NCBI GenBank assembly: GCA_964016885.1
Contig: OZ024743.1
Coordinates: 320,044,001-320,108,000, forward strand
Origin: Eledone cirrhosa
Taxonomy: Eukaryota
Direction of reading: 5' to 3'
Length of the DNA stretch: 64,000 nt
The first letter of the stretch is position 1, and each line of letters starts with the position of its first letter. Both the position numbers and the translations under genes were made by a program. This document shows, piece after piece, positions 26,671-37,132 of this stretch. The notes under the pieces are model-generated. The model had not been told where the DNA came from, did no database searches, and saw nothing but the letters and a program-made list of their open reading frames with translations.

Positions 26671-28290
26671 CTGCTATATTTCCTTATCTTTTTTGTTTAG
26701 GTTCATTTTGATTACCATTATCATCATTATTATTAGTTTTTTACAGCTTTTCGATTTTAGTTTCCATAGTCTTTTGGCTACCATACCCTATCTATCTTCT
26801 TAAGCATTATTATAGTTTCACTACTAACACCTTATGAGTTTATATCTTATTAAATACTTTGTTTGGAGTCTCATTCAACTAATGAACCTCCTCCTCTACA
26901 CACTTCATATCCGCCCCTTCTATTATACTATATATTAATTTCACCTTTATGCACCTTTTTATGATATTATATAATATATTGATTTTACTTTTATGCTCCT
27001 TCCTATCCTCCATAACCTCTCTTCTTTCTGTTCCCATTGGTCTACCATAGTTCTATTTAGAGTCCTTTTATTTGATAACGTTATTCGACTGAACGGAGCA
27101 TATTTTACTCTATTCTTGATAATTTTATTGAGATATCTTAAACCTGTACGATTTTGATGACTTAAACACTAGCCAATTTTGAAGTGACTAAATATGTATT
27201 TTAAATACTTTTAATATTAATTAATTTAAAAAGGTTTTCTAGTCAATTCTCCAGTTTACATTTCTATCTTTTTTTCTTTTACTTAACCGCTTGTGATACC
27301 TAAGTAAATATACTTGTTTTTGTTTTTCGAGCTTCGGTTTATTTTATTTATTTTTTTACTACCACACGCTGTCTATCTGATCCATGTAATTTCATTAATA
27401 TATGTCTGTGTATGTCAACCACGTAAATATATATATTAAGCATTTCCTTAGACTCTGTTTGCTATTTGATATTAACGTTGTTATATCATATCATTTTTAC
27501 GTAATCGTATTATAGATTTTAATATATGTCTGTTATTTGAGGTACTGTTCTGTTATATTTTGTAATATTTTGTGATATTTTGGTAATATTTATGCCAATG
27601 TAAAATGACTTGACCTCCGTGTATTTGTTACAATGGTATATATATTTTTCAACACAATTTTTTCAACACAATTTAGTTCTATATGATTTTTTTCTTACCC
27701 TGTGTAAAACTTTATACTACTTGTTAAACTTGAATTATATGTATGATGTAATTTTGTATATCTTTTGATGCCTATATATTATAATATTGTTATTATAATG
27801 TTATTATAATGTTTTTATATTGTTCATGCACACTGACAGGGAATTATATATTATATTTTATTTTTATTCTTATTTTTATCTTTATTATATTATACTGTAA
27901 ACAATATATATATATATATATATTTAAATACTTAATAAGTGTTAGTTTGTGTTTTTACTTATGTGTATATGTATAGATATACATATATACATATATTAAG
28001 CTTTTTATTATCACCATATATTATATTATATTATATTCTATATCGTACTGTAATTCTCGCATTATATTACCATTTGTGTTTCAAGTTTTTGCATTATACA
28101 ATATTTGCAATGTGCGTTGAACATGTTAATCACTTCCTTGCTATTTGGTCTATATCTATGTTTGTAACTGCTCACTCTTAATCTTACCCAACTTTTCCTT
28201 GATATTTTTCCAAAGCTTTAATAGATGTATACTCCATATTCTTCTGAGTTTTGGGCTTGTATTGGCCGATAGTGCTTCTTGTAGCTTGAC

Positions 28291-28333
28291 TTGCCCTGAT
28301 GAGTCCTTAATAGGACGAAACATTGTTGGCTAA
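28291..28333 (+). ncRNA. Minimal type I HHR in the 3' pLTR
   Basis: Identical to the 23723 copy. Confidence 0.88.
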
Positions 28334-28531
28334 TAAAGACTTTTGATGTATTGAAGGCTTCTTTGGTTTATTTTTTATAATTCTTCGGCTCTGTTTAATT
28401 ACATTGAGCTATATCTTATACTGTCATTTCTATAATATGAAGAGGGTGTTTAACTCCAACACACTCTAGTATTTTAATTGCTATATATATATATATATAT
28501 ATATTTATATCATCAATACATACATACATGG

Positions 28532-28589
<58 letters not shown>

Positions 28590-28732
28590 GATAAATCCAC
28601 CAATTAATGGTAGGGCCCAAGCTGTATGAAGAGCTCAATGTAATCCGTATGTAGAAGATGTCGTGAAGCAAAGTTTAAAATACAGAATTTCAACGATATA
28701 ATTCATTGGAAACAGAGTCAAAATAATACAAT

Positions 28733-28994
28733 TAGTGAAAACAATGAAATTAAACAAAATACGGGTAATTCATAGTAAAACTCATTATCTTACGATCGCT
28801 TCTGGGGGGTAGTTCTCCGTCTGTTCATTCCTTTTAGTGATCTATGTAAAATATATTACAAATTATCAAATTTGTTATATATTTTACATAGATCACTAAT
28901 AGAATGAACATACGGAGAACTACCCCCCAGAAACGATCGTAAAATAATGAGTTTTACTATGAATTACTCGTATTTTGTGTAAATTTCTTTGTTT

Positions 28995-29000
<6 letters not shown>
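28733..29000. repeat. ~270 bp fold-back next to (TA)n carrying only the 3' half of an HHR
   Basis: tagtgaaaacaa...tattacaaatt / aatttgttata...ttgttttcacta. GAAA-CGATCG-TA at 28930-28941. Confidence 0.85.
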
Positions 29001-29031
<31 letters not shown>

Positions 29032-30543
29032 TGATAAGTGAGTGTGTGTGAGGAACTTGATGATTCGTAATGTTTGGAGCAATGTATATATATTTTTGAA
29101 GAGTAGAAACTATATTTTCATTCACGAATGATACGAAATCGCAACGACATATTTGCCTTTGTGGTTTATTAGAATCAATTCAACCATATCTTAAATCTAT
29201 ACGATCAACACACATTTTGTCATTTTATAGATTAATGAATCAATAAGACTGGGTTGCAACTATACACACCCAGTTCAAAAGACGATAGTTCATACGAAAT
29301 ATCACTTTGGATATAATAAGCACCTGTGCTTCATATAATGATTTTAAGGTTTTATATTCATTTCCACAAGAATGAAACAATCCCAATTTATTTCAGTTAA
29401 AATATGATGCCAAGATATATATATCGATGTCTGTCTGTATTTAATCATGTGTGCATGTATGTATGTGTTTGTATGTATGTATTATGTATGTGCGTGCGTA
29501 TGTATGCGTGTATGTGTGTACGTATGTATGAATTTAAATATGTATGTAACTATGTATGTATGTATGTATGTATTTGTTGGTATTCATGTGAGTGTCTATG
29601 TATATATGTGTGCGTGTATGCCTGTATATACGTATGTGTGTATGTATGCGTGTATGTATGGGTGTATGTATGAATGTTTGTGTGTCTGTATATATGTATG
29701 TATGTGTATGTATTATGTGTATCTATGTATGTATGTGTTTATATATGTATGTGTATGTATGTATGCGTGTGTGTGTATGCATGTATGTGCTGTATGTATG
29801 TGTGTATGCATGTATATATGTATATGTGTGTGCGTGTATGTATGTATGTTTTTTGTGGAGCGAGAGACTCCTAGTCTTCATTAAGACATCTCTCTAGGAG
29901 AAGGCCACTCTGATATAAAACCTGCGACTTTGTTTACATAAAATGATATAGACTAATCCTTCTTTCTGGGCAAATGCATTCGATGTTCAGATAGTGCGAT
30001 TGACCCCGTCCAAAGCCTTTCTTCATTTAAAAAAGCTTCGAGCACAGGCATCACTTAATATACGACATGTTTTACAATGCATCTTATTGCTGGCCATAGA
30101 CAAGTCCCTAGCAGGACTAAAAATCCACGTCCCTGATGGTCATGCTTAAGTATCAAGCGATGGCATTACTCGAAATCAAGTTGCAGCCATCATCATCATC
30201 ATATATGTATGTATGATATAAATGATGGTGTAATAATACGTCACTTCAGTATCCGATGATCATCAGGAGAGAAATAGTTGTTCGAGCCAACCCTTATACC
30301 TTGTCATGAGTTTTGGGTAATGCCCGAAAAAATATGATCATGAATGTAAGAGGCTGAAATGGGGTTCCTACGAGGGGTTTTTGGTATAAACTTACTCAGT
30401 AGAATGCTTAATTTTAGGATCGGGAATTCGCTCTATGTAGAGCTGCTCTGGTACTTCGGACATGTGGTTAAAATGTTCAAGGAAAGAGTCGCTCGACAGT
30501 AGGCCAGAATCCAGAGCAAGTGGATGAATAAAGTAAAAGGATT

Positions 30544-30593
<50 letters not shown>

Positions 30594-30711
30594 TGAACGG
30601 AATAGAAAATGCTGACAAATTGTTCACAGTTGAAAAATGGTTTAATTAGGAATAAAAGAGTATTAGTAATTGTATGGGTTAGTATTCAGTTGTAGTTTTA
30701 AGTTTTTAAGT

Positions 30712-30748
30712 TTTTACCGGTTGCGAATTTCTAAATGCTTTTCAAAAA
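30712..30748 (-). ncRNA. HHR-like motif, U3-A8 plus A13C (3' pLTR)
   Basis: Minus strand: TTT-TTGAAAA-GCATTT ag AAATtC-GCAA-CCGG-TA-AAA. Confidence 0.55.
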
Positions 30749-30809
30749 TAATTTTGAGATAGAGAGTCCGTGTTGTTTGCTCTGATCTGATTAGTTTTGG
30801 GATTCTACC

Positions 30810-31299
30810 TGTTTTTATGTTAAAAAAGTGGCTCCAGCGCTACTTTGGTGTTGCAAAAATTCTTGTGGTCAAAACAATTTTGATTGGTCGGTAGAGTTCA
30901 TGTGAATAAAACATTGATTTTGCGCCAAGACTGTTTTTATGTTAAAAAAGTGGTACCAGCGCTACTTGGTGTTTGCAAAAATTCTTGTGGTCAAAACAAT
31001 TTTGATTGGTTGGTAGAGGTCATGTGAATAAAAAATTGATTTTGCGCCAAGACTGTTTTTATGTTAAAAAAGTGGTACCAGCGCTACTTGGTGTTTGCAA
31101 AAATTCTTGTGGTCAAAACAATTTTGATTGGTCGGTAGAGGTCATGTGAATAAAAAATTGATTTTGCGCCAAGACTGTTTTTATGTTAAAAAAGTGGTAC
31201 CAGCGCTACTTGGTGTTTGCAAAAATTCTTGTGGTCAAAACAATTTTGATTGGTCGGTAGAGGTCATGTGAATAAAAAATTGATTTTGCGCCAAGACTG
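30810..31299. repeat. ~122 bp tandem repeat, 4 units in the 3' pLTR (2 units in the 5' pLTR, 35910-36156)
   Basis: gtttttatgttaaaaaagtgg recurs at ~30811, 30933, 31055 and 31177. Confidence 0.92.
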
Positions 31300-31421
31300 A
31301 GAAATGACTCTTTCACAACAAATGTGTGTGTGTGTGTGTGTGTGTAGTAGTAGTAGTAAGGTGGTTGATGTTGTGATAATGGTTAGCAGGGATGTGTGTC
31401 AAATGGCTATTAAGATAAGTG

Positions 31422-31464
<43 letters not shown>

Positions 31465-31645
31465 ATAGCAGATTAATTCGTGGTAGCAGGGATGATCAGT
31501 AGGAATGTGTCTGTAAGCAGTGGGGGTATTTTAGCGTGTCAAAAGATGTTTTTCAGCTTTTGTCTTATACGGAGAAGTGTGTGTGTGTGTGTGTGTGTGT
31601 GCGTGTGTGTGTATAAGTCTCTTTGTATGTTAATGTACGCGTGTA

Positions 31646-31683
<38 letters not shown>

Positions 31684-32025
31684 AGAGAGAATGTGTGTGT
31701 GTGTGTGTGGGTGGACCAGTATTTTTTTCCCCCTGGTAAAATGGTGTACATAATTCGATTTTTTCAGTAAAATCGGTTCTCTTAATAGAACATCAAAAAT
31801 CTTAACAATAAGAGGTGTGAAATGATATTCACTATACATATATATATATATATACACATATATTCACTATATATACATATATACATATATATATATATAC
31901 ACATATATTTTTTTGTGTTGCACCATAGAGCATGTGTGTTTACGTATGTCATTGTGTTTATATGTGGGTAGAGATGTGTGCTGATGTAGGTATGTATGTT
32001 GACGTGTGTATGTTGTGAGTTCGTC

Positions 32026-34173
32026 TTAGGGAGAAGTGTTTAGACGGGGTCCGTATTTGTTAATGAAGTAAGATTCCTTGCTGATGCGCTGGGTGTGGGT
32101 GGCATTAACTTTAAATTTGTAGAGGGGAAAGATTCTGAAGTTGGGATGATTTGGGGCGGCACAGGTATCAATGTTTTCACTCAGTGGTATTTTCCTGTAT
32201 TCCCGTATTTTAATTTGGGATCTATGGACAGTCATGTGTTGGCGGATGCTGTTTTTGGTCTGACCTATGTATTGTTCTCGACAACCTGAGCAAGTTAATA
32301 CATATATTAGATTTTCCGATGCACATGTGAAATTGTGTTTTACTATAAAACGTTGTCCTTCTTTGAAATAGAATTCCGAACCCTCTATTAGGTTGATGCA
32401 AATGCCACAGTTGGGTCTATCGCATTTTTTTACTGTGGGTTTCGTTGTTGTGGTTGGCAGTACTTTGGCATGTGTTAGGATGTTTTTCATTGACTTGGAT
32501 TGTCTTTTGCTCTTTATGATATCGTGTGTTCGTAGGATTTGGTTCATTCTATGGTCCTTTTTCAACACAGGGATGTTCTGGAGGATGGTGTCAAAGGCCT
32601 CATTGTTGAGGGGGTTGTGTGTGGAGATGTATGGAAGAGCTTTTAGTTTCGGTTGATTTACTTTAGGTTGTCTAAGGTCCTGGGTACTGAGTTTTAGGGC
32701 ACGTTGGATTCCATTGTCAATTAGTGATGCAGGGTAGTCCCTGCCTATGAGTGTGTCCTTTAGTTCTTGTAGCCGTAAGTAGCAGGTGTTTTTATTGGAG
32801 ATTATAGTACAGATTCTCTTGGATAAGTTGTAGGGAATATTAATTTTAACGTGTCTAGGGTGGCAAGAGTTGAAAGGGAGATATTGCTTGGAGTCTGTGG
32901 GCTTGTAGTTTATGTCTGTTTCTATTTTTTTGTTATGGATCTTAATGAGGATGTCGAGGAAGGGGAGTTGTTGATGGCTGTATTCCATCGTGAAGTTAAT
33001 ATTCGTGTTGAGGCCATCTATAAGGGTGTGAAATTCTTTAAGTTTTTCAATATTTTCGTGCCAAAGGATGAAGCAGTCATCTAGATATCGCTTCCAGTTC
33101 CTTTCAATGTGTAAGTGGAGGGTGTTTCCAAATTTGTTTAGGACTTTAGTGTAGAGGGTGATTTCCAGGTATCCCATGACTAGGTTGGCATAAGTGGGGG
33201 CTGTTTTCGTTCCCATAGCGGTCCCAGATTTCTGCCTGTAGGGTTTGGTATTGAAAACGAAGTAATTGTTCTCCAAGATAAATTTGAGTCCCTCTATCAC
33301 GAATTCTTTTTTGATGCGTTGTGGGAGTTCATTGTGGAAATTATCCAGCCAGAATTGGATAGCTTCTATTCCTAGGTTGTGGGGGATGTTGGAGTATAGG
33401 TTGACTACATCGAACGTCACTAGTAGGGTTTGTTCAGAAAGTGGCATATAAGGGAGGTGATTGAGCATATCTAGGTCGTCCCTTATATAGCTTTTGATGT
33501 GTTTGAGAAAGGGTTTGAGAAGGGTATCAATGAAGTTGCTAAGGCGGTGAGTTTCGCAAGCGGGGCCTGCTATTATAGGTCTTAATTTGATATCATTGGG
33601 TGAGGGGACATTGATGACTATGTCTGTGGCTTCCTTGCATGCCTTACTTATTAATTCGCTTGTATGTACTTTAGGGATACCGTAGAAAAGGCTGGATTTA
33701 CTTGTGAAGTCTGTGATGAAGCTGAATTCCTTGTTAGTGAGTCCTTCTTTGTATTGGTTGATTAGAGTTTTTAGGTTTCTCATAATTTTCTGTTGATTGT
33801 AGTGTTCAGCCTTTTCGTAGTATGTTTCGTTTTCCAAAGTGGAGAGCGCTAAGTTGATATATAATTCTGTCTCCATTAGGACTACTGTACTCCCTTTATC
33901 AGCCTCTTTAATTGTAATGGTTCTGTCGGTTTTTAATCTATTTAATTCTTCCCATTCTTTCTTGTTGAGGTTTGGCTTGTGTTTTTGTCTGTGCAAGTGT
34001 TGGTAAGGGAAGTTTGTGATGTGTTCACAGAATTCGTCCAGGATTTTATTTCTACCTTTTGAAGGGGTGTAATTGCTTCTATTTCTGGCTAATGATTCAT
34101 CCTCATTGTACTGGTCGAATAGTTGTTCACTAAGTCGTAACTTTCTACAGAAGTCTGTGATGTCTTCCTTCAT
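32026..34173 (-). CDS. PLE reverse transcriptase plus GIY-YIG endonuclease (Neptune-type); the frame stays open upstream to at least ~34350
   Basis: IKEADKG, FYGIPKVH, LRPIIA, TFDVVNLY, GTAMG, RYLDD, LPFLD, KCDRPNCGIC, LIYVLTCSGCREQYIGQT. Upstream in frame: IINLT...LLSKGLKFTPTP. Confidence 0.9.
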   Translation of the reverse strand: MKEDITDFCRKLRLSEQLFDQYNEDESLARNRSNYTPSKGRNKILDEFCEHITNFPYQHLHRQKHKPNLNKKEWEELNRLKTDRTITIKEADKGSTVVLMETELYINLALSTLENETYYEKAEHYNQQKIMRNLKTLINQYKEGLTNKEFSFITDFTSKSSLFYGIPKVHTSELISKACKEATDIVINVPSPNDIKLRPIIAGPACETHRLSNFIDTLLKPFLKHIKSYIRDDLDMLNHLPYMPLSEQTLLVTFDVVNLYSNIPHNLGIEAIQFWLDNFHNELPQRIKKEFVIEGLKFILENNYFVFNTKPYRQKSGTAMGTKTAPTYANLVMGYLEITLYTKVLNKFGNTLHLHIERNWKRYLDDCFILWHENIEKLKEFHTLIDGLNTNINFTMEYSHQQLPFLDILIKIHNKKIETDINYKPTDSKQYLPFNSCHPRHVKINIPYNLSKRICTIISNKNTCYLRLQELKDTLIGRDYPASLIDNGIQRALKLSTQDLRQPKVNQPKLKALPYISTHNPLNNEAFDTILQNIPVLKKDHRMNQILRTHDIIKSKRQSKSMKNILTHAKVLPTTTTKPTVKKCDRPNCGICINLIEGSEFYFKEGQRFIVKHNFTCASENLIYVLTCSGCREQYIGQTKNSIRQHMTVHRSQIKIREYRKIPLSENIDTCAAPNHPNFRIFPLYKFKVNATHTQRISKESYFINKYGPRLNTSP

Positions 34174-34943
34174 TTCATAGTAGTTAGGACGTAGTGGGGT
34201 CGGTGTGAATTTAAGACCTTTGGAGAGTAAGTTGATAAGGTTGGGTGTTGGTTCTGCACTAGTAAGATTGATAATTTTTATTACAATCGGTTTCTCCTCC
34301 CTGTCTTGTGTTATTTTGTTTGCCTGTATCTGTGTGCTGTGTCTAAAAGATGGTTGGGGTAGAGGGGTTATCTGCTGATGTTAAGTGGTCTCCTGTGTTT
34401 GTTATATTCCTTGTTGTTGTAAAATGTGGTTCGGGTTGGTGGTTGTAGATTGAATAGGGTATTCCTGTACTGCGAGTATGGGTGTGTGTTTCTATGTGCC
34501 ATGTTGTATTGTGGTGTTTTAAGTGGCCTACGTTGTTGGTTGTATCGTGTGGTGTGGGTTTGTTGTGTATTGTGGAAGCGAGAGTTGAGAAAATGGTAAT
34601 TACCTTGCTGTCCCCTTGAAGCGGGGAAGTTGTTACATCTATCAAGGTGGTGGTATCTTTTCCCTATGTTTGACGATGAGGCATCCGCGTAGTAGTTGAG
34701 TGATTTGGTATGGTGTCTCCTTGAAGGGGGAAAGTTGTAAATGTCATTCTGGGGGAGATGATTTCTTGGGTTTTTGTTCCTTATTATGGTAGCGATGTTG
34801 GCAAGTTCATCTTCGGTGTGGTGCTTCCTTCTTCGTTTGTTAGTGGCTTGGGGGTTTGAGAAGTTGTTGTGCGGTTCAGTTATGGGTTTTCCTATTTTTA
34901 TGAACGGGTTATTGGAGGTGTAATTCGTTTGAAAAGTCGATTC

Positions 34944-35675
34944 CTAGTGTAGGAACCAAGCAGCACTTTTTTCCCAGCGTTGAAGGGATTTCAGTTCTTC
35001 TCTGTTGCAGTCCCCTTTCCATAATTTGGAGTTCTTCTCTACCTTGGGGCCTTCAGTTTTGTTGTTGATTTCCAGGAGGATCTCTTCATCGATGGTTTTG
35101 ATTTTTTCCTCATTTGTCTGGGCCCTCAGTTTAAGAAGTTCAATTTCTGTCTTCATTTTTTCCAATGCCATTCTTTCCCTAAGGTGTCTTTGAGGTTCGG
35201 GTTCATTTGGAATGGACATTATTTGTAGTTTACGGGGGAGAGTTAGAGGGGTTGAGTAAAGCCATTTTTCATATATCGCTGCTTTGTTGTCATTTTGTAT
35301 CATCTTCCAGAATGAGAACTTTCAGTCTCTGAGGGGTTTGTTGCATTTTGGAATTGTTCGAATTTTCATTTTGTATGAATCAATCTAACATGGTTCTTGG
35401 TTGATTTTTCCTGGGTTGGTAGTAGTGAACATAGTTTGGATAGTATCGCAAAGGTTTTGGAATTTGTCGCCGATTTCGGAGGGTTTGTATCCGGTGGCGG
35501 TTTCCTTATTTGTGGAGTCAAGTTTGTCGACCAGCAAAGATAGGTTGGTGTTGATTTTCTTGAGTTCCTGTAGGATCACTCCATTTGTGTTGATGAGGGG
35601 TGTATCCGTTTTTGTTGGCCTTTTCTGTATCTCGTGTGAGGATATGATAGTTAAAAGAATAGAGGTGTAACACAC
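34944..35675 (-). pseudogene. Upstream coiled-coil-like ORF remnants inside the PLE (N-terminal extension or ORF1-like)
   Basis: ORFs 35385-35675 and 34944-35303 (PLTLPRKLQ...MALEKMKTEIELLKLRA...) lie between the 5' pLTR and the RT ORF. Confidence 0.5.
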
Positions 35676-35809
35676 AAGTTATTATATATTGGTAAACGGA
35701 ATAGAAAATGCTGACAAATTGTTCACAGTTGAAAAATGGTTTAATTAGGAATAAAAGAGTATTAGTAATTGTATGGGTTAGTATTCAGTTGTGGTTTTAA
35801 GTTTTTAAG

Positions 35810-35847
35810 TTTTTACCGGTTGCGCATTTCTAAATGCTTTTCAAAAA
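35810..35847 (-). ncRNA. HHR-like motif, U3-A8 plus A13C (5' pLTR)
   Basis: Minus strand: TTT-TTGAAAA-GCATT taga AATGC-GCAA-CCGG-TA-AAA. Confidence 0.6.
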
Positions 35848-36268
35848 TAATTTTGAGATAGAGTGTCCGTGTTGTTTGCTCTGATCTGATTAGTTTTTGG
35901 AATTCTACCTGTTTTTATGTTAAAAAAGTGGCTCCAGCGCTACTTTTGTGTTGCAAAAATTCTTGTGGTCAAAACAATTTTGATTGGTCGGTAGAGGTCA
36001 TGTGAATGTAAAAAATTGATTTTGCGCCAAGACTGTTTTTATGTTAAAAAAGTGGCTCCAGCGCTACTTGGTGTTTGCAAAAATTCTTGTGGTCAAAACA
36101 ATTTTGATTGGTCGGTAGAGGTCATGTGAATAAAAAATTGATTTTGCGCCAAGACTGAGAAATGAATCTTTCACAACAAATATGTGTGTGTGTGTGTGTG
36201 TAGTAGTAGTAGTAGTAAGGTGTTCGATGTTGTGATAATGGTTAGCAGGGATGTGTGTCAAATGGCTA

Positions 36269-36305
<37 letters not shown>

Positions 36306-36457
36306 ATATATTATATATATATATATATTACGTATCAACCTGTATATATATATATTACATATCAACCTGTTACGCACGTTTCGCAGAGGATTGGCTCAAG
36401 GCGACCCATAGGAGTTATGGACCCAACTTCGGTATCGATTTAGATATATATATATAT

Positions 36458-36873
36458 TAGAATTGGTGCTCTGGAATGGCGATATATATATATGAATGTA
36501 TATATAGTGTATTTTGCAATCCAATGTATGCTTAATTAAAAGCATTTCGAAGACCTTACGCTATTGTTTTAGAGTAGTGACAGTCTCACTTACTTTAAAT
36601 TTTCAGCAAACAAGGGGAGATAAAGCTGACAGAGCTCTGTCTCGTACTTTTTGGTACTTATCAAAGCTAAGTACTCCACCTGTTTGCTGAAAATCATGAC
36701 TGTTTGATTCTTATAGAATTCTAGTAATAATCAGGAACTGATTATACAGATTGGTTGCCGGTCAAGCAGAAATTGAAAATTAGAATTGGTGCTTTGAAAT
36801 AGCGATATATATATGAATGTATATATAGTGCATTTTGCAATACACTGTATACTTAATTAAAAGCATTTCGAAG
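36458..36873. repeat. ~95 bp direct repeat (36458-36553 and 36781-36873)
   Basis: tagaattggtgct...aaaagcatttcgaaga occurs twice. Confidence 0.8.
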
Positions 36874-37132
36874 AATAATAATGCTTTCTTTATTAACCAC
36901 AAGGGTTTACATAAAGTAGACATTAAGGACAGTACAGGACAAGACAGGACGGTACAAATGGGCATGTCTGCGTGTAAAAAAAAAAACAGAGGATGTAACA
37001 GAAAAAAAACAATTAAAAATTCCCCAATAGGGGGGAGTCTTCCAAGGGACATTTGTGGAGAAAGCCCATTAAAAGGCCACAGTGACCCTGACCACCAGGG
37101 CAAGTGCCCTCTCCCAGTTTTCCACCTTTAAT

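Larger units (their letters stand above)
21946..28481 (+). mobile_element. Naiad-type Penelope-like element with a direct pLTR and a 1.5 kb inverted 5' arm, inserted in (TA)n
   Basis: 21950-23467 is the reverse complement of 26891-28382; 23493-23911 is a direct repeat of 28060-28479; three HHRs; ORF between the repeats; (TA)n on both sides. Confidence 0.9.
30592..36270 (-). mobile_element. Near full-length Neptune-type Penelope-like element with direct pLTRs, inserted in (TA)n
   Basis: 30592-31410 is repeated at 35691-36270. The RT-GIY-YIG ORF lies between them; (TA)n flanks both ends. Confidence 0.92.

Noticed and set aside
30250-30290. CCGATGA...GAAA motif as an HHR
   Set aside because: Stem I cannot form and stem II has only 2 bp.
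30810-31299. Regular repeat array resembling CRISPR
   Set aside because: Whole 122 bp units are near-identical with no unique spacers, there are no cas genes, and the context is eukaryotic.
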